Part shown: piece after piece, positions 27,562 through 37,368 of the stretch
How the letters are laid out: each line of letters begins with the position of its first letter
Position numbering within the stretch: the first letter of the stretch is position 1
Assembly: GCA_963726255.1 (NCBI GenBank)
Contig: CAVSBL010000002.1
Location: 2,176,001-2,240,000 of the forward strand
Source of the DNA: Candidatus Bathyarchaeota archaeon
GTDB lineage: Archaea > Thermoproteota > Bathyarchaeia > 40CM-2-53-6
Direction of reading: 5' to 3'
Length of the DNA: 64,000 nucleotides
Program-made: the position numbers and the translations under genes
Notes under the pieces: generated by a model
The model's database searches: none
Told to the model about the DNA's origin: nothing
What the model saw: only the letters and a program-made list of their open reading frames with translations

Positions 27562-30452
27562 TGAACATGCCTGTTGACTGGCCCGCGCTAGAGGAGAAAT
27601 GGCAAAAGGAGTGGGCTAAAGCCAAGGTTTTCGAAGCCGACCCAGACCCAAAGCGCAAGAAATGTTTCGTCACCTATCCCTTTCCTTACATGAGCGGCCC
27701 GTTGCATGTGGGAAACGGTTTCACAGCCGCACGAATCGACACTTACGCACGCTACATGCGAATGCGTGGGTTCAACGTTCTCTTCCCTTGGGCATGGCAT
27801 TGGACTGGCAAGACAGTCGCGGGTGCCGCTGAACGCATCAAGAACGGTGACGAGGACTTCATTCGGCCCATCAGGGAGGTGGATGAGGTGCCGGAGGAAG
27901 AACTGAAGAAGTTTGTTGACCCCGCCTACATGGCGAAGTACTACACCGACGTTAACCGTCAGGCGATAAAGCGTCTGGGAATGTCGATTGATTGGCGAAG
28001 AGAGTTCCACACTAGTTCGCTAAACGAGGCCTTTAGCAAATTCGTTACCTGGCAGTATCTGCGCCTGCAGGAGAAAGGATACGTGATTACAGGCACGCAT
28101 CCCGTCGTCTGGTGCCCAAAGGACGAGAGCCCGACTGGGGATGCGGACAGGCTGGAGGGCGGAGGTGTTAGGCCTGAAGAATTCATTCTCGTGAAGTTCA
28201 AGATGGGTGAAACCTTTCTCCCGTGCGCGACCTTCAGGCCTGAAACAATCTACGGCGTCACTAACTTGTGGGTTAACCCCGAAGGAGACTACGTTGAAGC
28301 AGACGTCAATGGCGAACGGTGGGTGGTCAGCAGAACTGCAGCTGAAAAACTGCGAAACCAGCTGAAACGAGTGAGCGTGGTCAGGGACCTGAAAGGCAGA
28401 GAGCTCATCGGCAAGAAATGTGTCGACCAAATTCAAAGCAGGCAGTTGCCAATTCTACCTGGGACATTCGTCAATACAGAAAACGCTACTGGCCTGGTCT
28501 ACAGCGTTCCAGCTCATGCTCCATTTGATTGGCTGGCATTGAGAGACATCCAAAGGGATCCTACTATCGTCGACAAGTTCGCGATTTCCAAGGCTGAACT
28601 GTCAGCTATTCAGCCGATCTCAATAATATCAGTTGAAGGCTACGGCGATTTTCCCGCCGTAGAAATAGTTGACCGTATGCACATTCGAGACCAGAACGAC
28701 CCATTAGCGGAAGAGGCCACGAAGGAGATTTACAAGGCCGAGTTCCACGGCGGGATTCTCAAAGAGGGTTGCGGCCCCTACTCCAAGCAGAGGGTGTCTG
28801 AAGTCAAGCAAGGCTTGGTCATGGATTTCCGTACGAAAGGGATTGCTGATGTTATGTACGAGTTACCGGAGCGCGTGGTGTGCCGGTGCACAACGGAATG
28901 TGTTGCAAAAATTCTTGATGATCAATGGTTTCTGAAGTACTCTGACCCAGAATGGAAGCAGAAGGCGCACGAGGCCATCTCAGAGATGTCGTTCTATCCT
29001 GACGAGGCACGAAACTGGTTCGATAGCGTGATTGATTGGTTGCAGGATTGGCCTTGCGCTCGCAAGACAGGTCTAGGCACGCCGCTGCCGTGGAGCCCTG
29101 GTTGGATCGTTGAAACGTTAAGCGACTCAACCATCTACATGGCTTACTATATGGTGAGCAAGTTTGTCAATGGCGGGATGATCAAGGCCGAACAATTGAC
29201 GCCCGAGATTTTTGATCTCATATTCTACGGAACCGGCAAACCGGACCAGCTGTCTAAACAGGTAGGTGTTGATATGAAAATCTTGGAGAAGATTCGAGAA
29301 GAGTTCCTATACTGGTATCCGGTTGACCTGCGAAACTCAGGAAAAGACTTGGTTCAGAACCATTTGAGCTTCTTCATATTCCATCACGCTGCTCTCTTTG
29401 AGCCGCGCTTCTGGCCGAGAGCAATTGGTGTCAACGGGTTTATGTCGGCGGAAGGGCGGCCGATGCATAAGTCTCAGGGTAACTGGGTTCCGCTTTGGAA
29501 AGCCTGCCAAGAGCATGGAGCTGATGCTGTTCGTTGCGCCGCCCTGTTAGCCGCTGAAGGATTGGATGACCCTGATTGGCGTTCAGAGAATGTTCGTGAC
29601 GCTGAGAGCAGGCTGGGGGCTTTCCTGAAGCTAGTTGAGGAAATTGCTGAACGGCCGGAACAGCAGGCTTCAAACGGCCACTTGGAAGACTGGTTGATGA
29701 GCCGAATCCGCTCCAAGACTATGGTAGTTTCAGCCGCGATTGAGAAGCTGAAGACTCGAACGGCATTGGCTGCGGCCCTGTATGACTCTTGGAACGACCT
29801 TCGATGGTATGAGCGGCGTGCCGCGAAGCCTGATTCCGCAACCGTCAAAGCTTTCGTCTCCACGTGGGTCCGATTGCTAGCTCCCTTCTCGCCTCATTTA
29901 ACAGAAGAAGCGTGGAGTAAGATTGGTCATAGCGGGTTTGTGGCGACGGCCGAGTGGCCTACGTTCGAGCATGTTCAGGAAGATGTACAATCTGACGAGC
30001 TAGAGCAGCTGATGAAACAAACGCTTGAGGACACTCAAGAAATAATCGCAACCACAAAAATCACGCCTAAAAAGGTGCATTACTACACCGCCGCCAAGTG
30101 GAAGTGGCGCGTTTACCAGGAAGCCTTGAATCGGGCTGACAAGCACCCCGACACCCTACAGGGCCTAATCAGGGATATGCTCGCCGCGAAACCGCCATCG
30201 GCAAAGGACCTGCCGAAATTCGCCTCGAGGATAATCAACCAAGTGAGAACGATGCCTGGTGAGCTTCGGGCGAGGAGGCTGAGAGCCGGTGACCTAGATG
30301 AAAGGGTAGCCTTCGCGGGGGCCCAGAGTTTCTTCGTGAAGGAATTAAGAACCGAGGTTGAGGTTCACAGCGAGGAGGACCAGAACCTTTACGATCCGAA
30401 GAAACGGGCGCAAGTGGCAGAACCCTATCGGCCTGCGATCTTTATCGAGTAG
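27558..30452 (+). CDS. leuS: Leucine--tRNA ligase (archaeal/eukaryal type)
   Basis: PYMSGPLHVGN (HIGH-like), TFRPET, SVPAHAP.D, LSDSTIYM, SGKDL..NHL, PMHKS (KMSKS-like). Confidence 0.96.
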   Translation: MMNMPVDWPALEEKWQKEWAKAKVFEADPDPKRKKCFVTYPFPYMSGPLHVGNGFTAARIDTYARYMRMRGFNVLFPWAWHWTGKTVAGAAERIKNGDEDFIRPIREVDEVPEEELKKFVDPAYMAKYYTDVNRQAIKRLGMSIDWRREFHTSSLNEAFSKFVTWQYLRLQEKGYVITGTHPVVWCPKDESPTGDADRLEGGGVRPEEFILVKFKMGETFLPCATFRPETIYGVTNLWVNPEGDYVEADVNGERWVVSRTAAEKLRNQLKRVSVVRDLKGRELIGKKCVDQIQSRQLPILPGTFVNTENATGLVYSVPAHAPFDWLALRDIQRDPTIVDKFAISKAELSAIQPISIISVEGYGDFPAVEIVDRMHIRDQNDPLAEEATKEIYKAEFHGGILKEGCGPYSKQRVSEVKQGLVMDFRTKGIADVMYELPERVVCRCTTECVAKILDDQWFLKYSDPEWKQKAHEAISEMSFYPDEARNWFDSVIDWLQDWPCARKTGLGTPLPWSPGWIVETLSDSTIYMAYYMVSKFVNGGMIKAEQLTPEIFDLIFYGTGKPDQLSKQVGVDMKILEKIREEFLYWYPVDLRNSGKDLVQNHLSFFIFHHAALFEPRFWPRAIGVNGFMSAEGRPMHKSQGNWVPLWKACQEHGADAVRCAALLAAEGLDDPDWRSENVRDAESRLGAFLKLVEEIAERPEQQASNGHLEDWLMSRIRSKTMVVSAAIEKLKTRTALAAALYDSWNDLRWYERRAAKPDSATVKAFVSTWVRLLAPFSPHLTEEAWSKIGHSGFVATAEWPTFEHVQEDVQSDELEQLMKQTLEDTQEIIATTKITPKKVHYYTAAKWKWRVYQEALNRADKHPDTLQGLIRDMLAAKPPSAKDLPKFASRIINQVRTMPGELRARRLRAGDLDERVAFAGAQSFFVKELRTEVEVHSEEDQNLYDPKKRAQVAEPYRPAIFIE

Positions 30453-30498
30453 TCGGCACTGCAAACTTTAAGCAAGAAGGGCCGTAGTCTCAGGGCTC

Positions 30499-30623
30499 GG
30501 GCCCGTAGCTCAGTCTGGATAGTGCTTGCGGGTTGAGCGTCTAAAGCACAGGCCCTCTAAACGCTTCCTTCAAGAAGCGGGAGACGCCTGGGGTCCGGGG
30601 TTCGAATCCCCGCGGGCCCGCCA
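30499..30623 (+). tRNA. tRNA-Arg(TCT) with two introns (22/23: 30523-30544; 38/39: 30561-30585), CCA encoded
   Basis: Exons join to GGGCCCGTAGCTCAGTCTGGATAGAGCACAGGCCCTCTAAGCCTGGGGTCCGGGGTTCGAATCCCCGCGGGCCCG-CCA; BHB-like junctions. Confidence 0.9.
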
Positions 30624-30706
30624 ACAATTCATACGTTATTAATCGGGCATACGTTTTCTGGCTGAAGTCAGAATTCACCGAGACTTCCGGAATTTGTGAG
30701 AGGCTA

Positions 30707-31321
30707 ATGTCAGGAAGCGAAAGGGTTAGCGCGATAGCGGACGCGGAAAAGGAGGTAGCGAAGATCATTTTCGGCCTTGCGATAGCAATCAGTACGATTC
30801 CGCTTATATCGCGACTCCCCGCCAGGCCGGCAGGAATACTTATCGACATTGGAGAATTCGGCTTCAGTTTCCTGATCTTGATCTCTGTTTGGTTGGGGTA
30901 TTGGAACATTATGTCGCTTCTGCCGATTGAAGATGGTACTACAATCACGCTCAATGTTGCATTGCTTTTTCTCGTCTCGATCGAACCTTACCTCTTCTAC
31001 CTGAACATAACCTTCGACTTATTGGCCCATGAGCTGCTTCTAGACACTTCTTCAATACTATACGCCCTAGATATGACTGGGCTAATGTTGATTCTCGCAT
31101 TATTCACCCATCAACTCGCAAAGGAGGAGAGGGGGTTGGTGCCGAAAGCGTCCCTGCTCCAGTATAAGCGAGTTAGGAACGTCTTATTCATATCCGCGGC
31201 GCTCTTCGCTATAACTGCCCTTCCACCATTTTGGAGTTTCAAGCTTTGGAACCTGCCGATTAGATTCTTTTTCTGGTCCATTCCGCTAATCCTCTCATCG
31301 GTTCAAAGAAGCGTGAAGTGA
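30707..31321 (+). CDS. Membrane protein, probably DUF1211/TMEM175-like
   Basis: About 6 TM; ERVSAIAD...IFGLAIAI, F.FSF.I...W..Y, LN..LLFLV...PY pattern. Confidence 0.55.
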   Translation: MSGSERVSAIADAEKEVAKIIFGLAIAISTIPLISRLPARPAGILIDIGEFGFSFLILISVWLGYWNIMSLLPIEDGTTITLNVALLFLVSIEPYLFYLNITFDLLAHELLLDTSSILYALDMTGLMLILALFTHQLAKEERGLVPKASLLQYKRVRNVLFISAALFAITALPPFWSFKLWNLPIRFFFWSIPLILSSVQRSVK

Positions 31322-31662
31322 CAGCCAACCGGTAAGGTATCGGTTTATTCTAGGAAATAGGCCCATGACTCCAAGAGTATAAGAACTTAGAAGCCTGAAA
31401 CTTTCCCCCTTTAAACACCACCCCGTGGGTCAAATATGACGAAGTGTGCTGTCTGCGGAGCATCCCTTCGCGCCGGCGATTACGAAAGCCTCCCCCGTCA
31501 TTTCTAACGGCTGAAGGACAATCGACGAGGTCCAAATAACGGGAGATCAGAAGGGCAGGGAGTGCACAGCCCTGTCAAGCAGGCAGACGTATCGCTGTTT
31601 CGTCCGGTTCAATTCACAGGGAGCGATCGACGCTTTCAAGGAAATACGAGTGACAGGATTGG

Positions 31663-31935
31663 CTACTTTGCCAGATGGTATGCGTCGATGACTTGCCAAG
31701 CCCAGAAAACTAGGGCGTACACGGTCAGGGCTGCTCTGTACGGGAAGAATGACCCTGTAGCTCTGTAAGAGATAAACAATGTCTGCCAGATCAGGGCTAA
31801 TGTTCCAACAATTATTCCGGCTACAAGGATTGAGGCCCCACGTTCCGGCCTACCAGCATACATCTGGCCGAGCCCAGGAACTAATAGGGAAAGTACGGCC
31901 GCAACAGGTGGATCACGTTTAGGTTTGCGTGGCAT
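31663..31935 (-). CDS. Small membrane protein (DUF5683/TM2-like)
   Basis: AAVLSLLVPGLGQMYAG...W.W.VIDAY. Confidence 0.75.
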   Translation of the reverse strand: MPRKPKRDPPVAAVLSLLVPGLGQMYAGRPERGASILVAGIIVGTLALIWQTLFISYRATGSFFPYRAALTVYALVFWAWQVIDAYHLAK

Positions 31936-32008
31936 TCTTTTTCACGCTCTGATAGCTCGCGCTATGCCTCTATTAGACTTGCGGCGAGATTTTGTTTCTA
32001 CTGATACT

Positions 32009-33490
32009 CTAGGCCGTGTATTTTTCTTCGAGGTAATTGACTAGCCACTGTGGGTTGTATTCTTCGCCGAACAGCCGTTTCTGGAGTTCCTTGGGAGAAT
32101 ATGTGGCTCCATAACTGTGTATTTTCTCCTTCAGCCAGGCCTTGATCCGTCCCATCTCACCTCTTCTAACTATGTCTTTTGTGTTCATGTCCTTTTTGAT
32201 TCTGTGGAAGACCATTCCCGCTATGACGTTGCCGAGCGAATAGGTCGGGAAATAACCAAACCCTCCCCCACTCCAATGTACGTCCTGGAGAACGCCATGA
32301 GCATCATCCTCAGGTCTGATGCCTACGTATTTCTGCATCAGATCATTCCACAGCGCGGGTGCATCGGAAACTTCTATCTCCCCCTCTATGAGCTTCTTCT
32401 CCAATTCATATCGCACCACTATGTGGAAATTGTATGTCAGCTCATCAGCGTCGACCCTGATGGGACTTGGTTTCACTGAATTGAAGTACCTGTAGACCTC
32501 GTCTTCGCTGTAGCCTGAGACGAATGGCAGGTTCGCTTTCAATGTTGGGTAAGCAAGTTCTGTGAACTCTCTGCTTCGCCCGATGAAATTTTCCCAAAAC
32601 CTCGATTGGGACTCATGGACCGCCGTGGAACTAGCCTTAGGGAGGGGCGTGTATTCTAGGGATTTGTCAACCTGTAACTCATAGATCGCGTGACCTGATT
32701 CATGGATTGTGGAGTACAGAGATTCTTTGAAGTCCTGTCCTTCGTACCTTGTTGTAATTCTCACATCTTCAATTGACATGCTCGTGGTGAACGGGTGGGT
32801 CGAGACATCCATTCTGAAGGTGCTCTCAGGCATCCCTAACAGTTTCAGAACCTCTACGTTCACACGCCTCATGGCAGATTCGTCATAGGTCACTGATTCC
32901 AAAGGGTGTTTGTTCGGAAACTTACCTTCGGAGAGAACCTTGTTGAGAATCCTCTTGAGGTTAAGTACGAGTGGTGAGAAGACGCGGTCTACGTCGTTAG
33001 TTGTAAGTTCCTCTTCGAATAGGTCCAAGAGGGCATTGTACGGGTGTCCTTTGTAACCGAGCTTTTCTGCTTCCTGTTTCTTCAGGTCGACGGTCTTCTC
33101 TAAGTAACCTTTGAACATTGGAAAGTCGGATTTTCTCCGCGCCTCCCTCCAAACGACCGTAGCCTCGGTGGAGGTTCTTCGCAAGTCCTCTAAGAGTTTC
33201 GGCGGAACTTTCATGTAGTAATTCAATTCGCGTTTAACGACTCTCAGTATTCCCTTTTCAAAATCGTTCAGGTCCCCAAGTTTTTCCGCCTTGGAGACGA
33301 GGCTGGCTAGCTCGAGCACACGTTGTTGCTTGATGAGCGCCATCTGAGCCTGCGCGAATCCTCTTGGCTTCGATGCTCCGATGGGCATGTAGGTTTCCAT
33401 GTCCCATTCGAGGAGCGACGCAACATGGTCCAGCGCCCAGATGGGTTTGTACCTTTCAACGATCTCCGTTAGGACAGGGTTCTTTGACAT
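32009..33490 (-). CDS. Thermostable carboxypeptidase, peptidase M32 family
   Basis: HPF, DVRITTR, HESGH, HESQ, IRVDADE, GVLQDVHW, GYFPTY. Confidence 0.95.
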   Translation of the reverse strand: MSKNPVLTEIVERYKPIWALDHVASLLEWDMETYMPIGASKPRGFAQAQMALIKQQRVLELASLVSKAEKLGDLNDFEKGILRVVKRELNYYMKVPPKLLEDLRRTSTEATVVWREARRKSDFPMFKGYLEKTVDLKKQEAEKLGYKGHPYNALLDLFEEELTTNDVDRVFSPLVLNLKRILNKVLSEGKFPNKHPLESVTYDESAMRRVNVEVLKLLGMPESTFRMDVSTHPFTTSMSIEDVRITTRYEGQDFKESLYSTIHESGHAIYELQVDKSLEYTPLPKASSTAVHESQSRFWENFIGRSREFTELAYPTLKANLPFVSGYSEDEVYRYFNSVKPSPIRVDADELTYNFHIVVRYELEKKLIEGEIEVSDAPALWNDLMQKYVGIRPEDDAHGVLQDVHWSGGGFGYFPTYSLGNVIAGMVFHRIKKDMNTKDIVRRGEMGRIKAWLKEKIHSYGATYSPKELQKRLFGEEYNPQWLVNYLEEKYTA

Positions 33491-33581
33491 GGAAACGAAC
33501 GCACTACCCTTTCAGTATTTAATTGTAGTGAGAAGGGGACTCTACATCTGTGTCTTATCATAAAGAGACGGATTATCCAAT

Positions 33582-33896
33582 TCAGTGTCTGTGGGACCCT
33601 GTGGTTACCAATTCATGTTTTTCTTCGTGACTAAGGGCTTTTATTTGCTGTTCTCTCCTAGTCGCAGCTTTACGTGTTACGAACTCTTCCACGTAGACAA
33701 CTCTGATCGGTCTGTGCATTCGGGTATATCGTGCGCCTTGTCCTCTCTTGTGTCTTTCAAATCTTGATGCGACGTCGTTCGTGTAACCTGTGTAGTAGCT
33801 TCCGTCATCGCAAAGAAGCAGATATACATAGTGAGTTTTCCGTTCCTGAGTTTTCTTGTTCTCGGTCTTCTCGGGCGTTTTCCTTTTCCCTCTCAT
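33582..33896 (-). CDS. GIY-YIG nuclease, UPF0213 family
   Basis: YVYLLLC.DGSYYTGYT.D...R..RH..G.GARYT...RE..IK. Confidence 0.88.
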   Translation of the reverse strand: MRGKRKTPEKTENKKTQERKTHYVYLLLCDDGSYYTGYTNDVASRFERHKRGQGARYTRMHRPIRVVYVEEFVTRKAATRREQQIKALSHEEKHELVTTGSHRH

Positions 33897-33991
33897 TTCT
33901 CTGTCATTCGGTTCCTTACCTCGGCCACCTTCAGTGGGATTGCCTTTAATGCAATCGTTGGGTTTGGTTATGAAGGACACGATCTGGCGGA

Positions 33992-35014
33992 ATGGAAGAG
34001 TTGGGCATGCGGAAGAAGATTTCTAAACTTACGGTATCGGTTCTTCCCGATTTCTATTTTGACAGGATAGTTCTGGTCCCTTCTGTTCGCAGTCTGTTCC
34101 GGCAGATTGAGTTGAAGGCGTCGTCAGGAGGGGGCAACCTACGTGGTTTAGCTCAAAGAGAGGTCAAGGGAGGTAACGCGACAAACCTTGCGTATGCGTT
34201 AGCATCCCTCTCCGCAAGAACAAAGCTGTACTGTGTTGGGGATTCGCTTACACGGGCTGCACTTTCAAGGCCTCCAGCAGGTTGCAAGGTGAGGATAATG
34301 GACGGCCGGCCAGGCTATACGATTGCCCTTGAATTTCCCTTCAGAGGAAAACCTGTTAACGTCATGTTGAGCGATGTCGGTGACATTTCGCGTTTCGACG
34401 GCAAGCAATTCGCCCGACACGACCTCATGGCCTTGAAGAAATCTGATTGCGTCGCTCTCGTGAACTGGTCTTCCAATTTGAAAGGAAACGAGCTCGCGCG
34501 GAGAGTCTTTGGTCTGAGGGGTCGGGAACGCAGGTTGAATTTCATTGACCTCGCAGATGTGACCAGCGCAGAAAGGAGGCTCAAGGTTCTTGCCAGGGAC
34601 GTTATCGGTCGAGGATTAATTGACGTGCTGAGCCTAAATGAGAACGAGGCAAGAATTATGGCGAAAACGCTCTCAGTCGGCAGACTGCGGCGTTCATATG
34701 ATCGTCATGACGTAGTGAGGGTTTCACGATCACTTCACAATGCCCTCCAGATTAACGTAGATGTTCATACTCCAATCGGGTGCGCCTCTTCAACTAACGA
34801 AGGGGCAGCATGGGTAGACTCATTTGGTAGAGTAACCGGTTTTGTTACTGGGGCGGGCGACATTTGGGATGCGGGAGATATCATCGGGCACCTTCTTCGT
34901 TTCAAAATCGTGGATAGACTTCGTTTCGCCAACGCCTGCGCCTATCTTTACCTAACCAACAAGAACGCCAAACTTCCAAGCCTCCGTGAAGCCGCAAGCC
35001 TCGCGGGCCTCTAA
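33992..35014 (+). CDS. PfkB/ribokinase-family carbohydrate kinase
   Basis: GGNATN.A.ALA.L, SLNENEA, TGAGD.WDAG. Confidence 0.82.
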   Translation: MEELGMRKKISKLTVSVLPDFYFDRIVLVPSVRSLFRQIELKASSGGGNLRGLAQREVKGGNATNLAYALASLSARTKLYCVGDSLTRAALSRPPAGCKVRIMDGRPGYTIALEFPFRGKPVNVMLSDVGDISRFDGKQFARHDLMALKKSDCVALVNWSSNLKGNELARRVFGLRGRERRLNFIDLADVTSAERRLKVLARDVIGRGLIDVLSLNENEARIMAKTLSVGRLRRSYDRHDVVRVSRSLHNALQINVDVHTPIGCASSTNEGAAWVDSFGRVTGFVTGAGDIWDAGDIIGHLLRFKIVDRLRFANACAYLYLTNKNAKLPSLREAASLAGL

Positions 35015-35053
35015 TTCTTTAATCTCCGAGCATCGCAGAGACGTAAGATACTC

Positions 35054-35683
35054 ATGCCGTTTGTTAACATCAACGAACCGCGAACCTTTCAGTTAGGCAC
35101 GAGACATCTCTCTAAGGCTGATCCAAAGATTCGGCAACTCGTCAAAACGCATGGACCAATTGAATTCGACGCTGGGGGAGATCCATTCGAGTCCTTGGTT
35201 GAAGCCATAATTTCTCAGCAACTGAGCGGCCAATCCGCTCGGGCTATCTTCGACAGACTGAAGGCTGCGATGGGATGCGAAGTAATCGAGGCGCAAGCCC
35301 TCACGAGGATGCACGGATCAAGACTGCGGAAAGCAGGTGTTTCTCCCCAGAAGATCCGCTATCTCAGAGACTTGAGCTCGCGGGTCGCCAATGGTCAATT
35401 GGACCTCAACGGTCTCAAGGAAATGGATGATCGTGAAGTAGTTCGTGTACTTGACGAAGTCAAAGGCATTGGGCCCTGGACGGCGCATATGTTTCTGCTT
35501 TTCACACTAGGGCGGCCAGACGTTCTGCCCGTCGACGATCTTGGCATTCAGATAGCCGTTAAGAGGCTCTACTCCTTGCGCAAGCTTCCTAGCGCGAAGA
35601 AGATTGAGGAGATTGCGAGCAAATGGCATCCATACTGTTCCGTTGCGTCATTGTATCTTTGGCATGCGAAAAACGTTCGGTAA
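35054..35683 (+). CDS. alkA: DNA-3-methyladenine glycosylase II (AlkA, HhH-GPD)
   Basis: IISQQLS, VKGIGPWTA, DVLPVDDLG, W.PY.S.ASLYLW. Confidence 0.9.
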   Translation: MPFVNINEPRTFQLGTRHLSKADPKIRQLVKTHGPIEFDAGGDPFESLVEAIISQQLSGQSARAIFDRLKAAMGCEVIEAQALTRMHGSRLRKAGVSPQKIRYLRDLSSRVANGQLDLNGLKEMDDREVVRVLDEVKGIGPWTAHMFLLFTLGRPDVLPVDDLGIQIAVKRLYSLRKLPSAKKIEEIASKWHPYCSVASLYLWHAKNVR

Positions 35684-35813
35684 CAGTAGACACATGTCTA
35701 CACGAAACTCTTTGGTATTGGGACTCGATCTGCGAAATGCTACGGCATAAACGGAAAGGATAATTGTCGACGCACCTTTGTGAGTCGATGTCGGTAGTGA
35801 GCGTGGGATCTGA

Positions 35814-35978
35814 ATGAGCATGGAGGTTTGTTCGTGCGGCAGCGGCAAGCGGCCTACTGGATATTGTGAGGAATGTAGAATGAAGTACTGTAGCGAATGT
35901 AAATTCACGCACCTTTACACCCCTCTGGCTATGAGCACCGCCGATTCCTTGTACGCAAGCATAGCCAAGAAAAATTAA
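35814..35978 (+). CDS. B-box-like zinc-finger microprotein (54 aa)
   Basis: MSMEVCSCGSGKRPTGYCEECRMKYCSECKFTHLYTPLAMSTADSLYASIAKKN; not in ORF track. Confidence 0.7.
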   Translation: MSMEVCSCGSGKRPTGYCEECRMKYCSECKFTHLYTPLAMSTADSLYASIAKKN

Positions 35979-36001
35979 CTCTGTCCTTTAAGAGCGGAAT
36001 C

Positions 36002-36382
36002 ATGTTGCTTGTCGAAAATCAAAAGCCACGCCTAGTCTACGACGGAATCTGCAACCTGTGTACGGGCGCTGTTCGTTTTCTTCACGCACTCCGGGGAGAG
36101 CAAGTAATTCAGTATATCCCATTCCAAAATCTTAGTTCGGAGGTGCGGCGAGCGTACGCTTTGACGGATGAAGCTCTTCAAGGTCGCATGTACCTCATCA
36201 GGCGAGACGGCTCACTCGCAAGCGGCCCCTTTGCGATAGTGGAGGTGTGCAAGCTCCTGACCCCGTTCAGCTTCATTTGCAACCTGTTCGGAACCCCGTT
36301 CGCCCAAAAACTGTACGACTGGGTAGCTCAACGTCGCTACAGAATCTTTGGCTGCCGCGAAGCGTGTTACGTAGTCAAATGA
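36002..36382 (+). CDS. DCC-family (DUF393) thiol-disulfide oxidoreductase-like protein
   Basis: YDGICNLC, LY.WVA.RRYR.FG...C. Confidence 0.88.
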   Translation: MLLVENQKPRLVYDGICNLCTGAVRFLHALRGEQVIQYIPFQNLSSEVRRAYALTDEALQGRMYLIRRDGSLASGPFAIVEVCKLLTPFSFICNLFGTPFAQKLYDWVAQRRYRIFGCREACYVVK

Positions 36383-36402
36383 CTGAATCGATCGGGGAGG
36401 CC

Positions 36403-37269
36403 TCACGAAGCCTTCAATACTAATTCAATCTCGTCCGGGTCTGAGATGAAGAGTTGCCCATCTCCATCATTGTGAGCGATGGGGCTGTCGGCCAACATGG
36501 ATGACAATTCCTTGAGATTCTCACGCGGCACTGTGATGCTTACGTGTTCGAGGCCTACCCAGTTCTTCTCGAGGGGTTTGCCACCCAGGCTTTCCCATGT
36601 GTTCATTCCGATATGGTGGTGGTACCGTCCCACAGAGAGGAAGGCAGCGTTTCCATAGTACCTCATCACATCCATGCCTAGCACGCTTCGGTAGAAGGCC
36701 ATTGACCTTTGCAAGTCGGTGACCTTTAGGTGAACGTGGCCTACCCTCGTTCCTTCAGCGATTGCTTTCAATTCGTCCCTTGGTGCCTTGGCCACCTCCG
36801 TTAGCAAAGAATCAATGTCAAGTGGCTGGGTCGCCATCTCAACTTGCTCATCCTCATCAAATTTCCATTCACTTCGCCCCCTGTCGGTATAGATCTCTAC
36901 CCCATTCCCTTCAGGGTCCGTAAGGTAGAGGGCCTCGCTAACTAGGTGATCAGCAAACCCGTCAAAAGTGATCCCCGCATTTCCAATCACGAGGTAGGCA
37001 GCAGCGAGGCTTCTTCTGTCCGGAACCAGCAGCGCATAATGGTAGAGCCCCGCAGCATCAACGGGTGCCTTTGCCCCATTTGGAGCATACCTCAAGACCA
37101 AAATCGGCTCTGCTGACCCGCTAGCGCCAAGCTCCACAATGCCTCGATCTCTGCGCAGGACTACGAGCCCTAAGTCCTTCTCATAGAAGGACAACATCAA
37201 ACCTAAGTCCTTCACTCTGAGGGAAACAGGCCCCAGCCTCATTTCGGAATCAAGTTTGAACTGAGGCAA
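36403..37269 (-). CDS. VOC-family two-domain protein (catechol 2,3-dioxygenase CatE-like)
   Basis: GLYHYALLVP, ADHLVSEALYL.DPEGNGVEIY.D, GHVHL, YHHHIG.NTW. Confidence 0.85.
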   Translation of the reverse strand: MPQFKLDSEMRLGPVSLRVKDLGLMLSFYEKDLGLVVLRRDRGIVELGASGSAEPILVLRYAPNGAKAPVDAAGLYHYALLVPDRRSLAAAYLVIGNAGITFDGFADHLVSEALYLTDPEGNGVEIYTDRGRSEWKFDEDEQVEMATQPLDIDSLLTEVAKAPRDELKAIAEGTRVGHVHLKVTDLQRSMAFYRSVLGMDVMRYYGNAAFLSVGRYHHHIGMNTWESLGGKPLEKNWVGLEHVSITVPRENLKELSSMLADSPIAHNDGDGQLFISDPDEIELVLKAS

Positions 37270-37368
37270 GCAGATTCTCCTCTGCCTGCTGGACTATGCG
37301 CTTTGAATGATTTAAGCCAAGGCGGGCCGCATAGGTTGAAGTGGAGAAGGAAATTGAAGGCTTCGAAG

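Noticed and set aside
30480-30490. GGCCGTAGTCT upstream of tRNA-Arg, identical to part of the tRNA-Gly 5' end
   Set aside because: 11 nt only, with no accompanying tRNA half; insufficient evidence for a split or remnant tRNA.
31436-31507. Tiny ORF MTKCAVCGASLRAGDYESLPRHF resembling the start of a zinc finger
   Set aside because: Stops after 23 aa with an incomplete ligand set; may be a remnant but cannot be supported.
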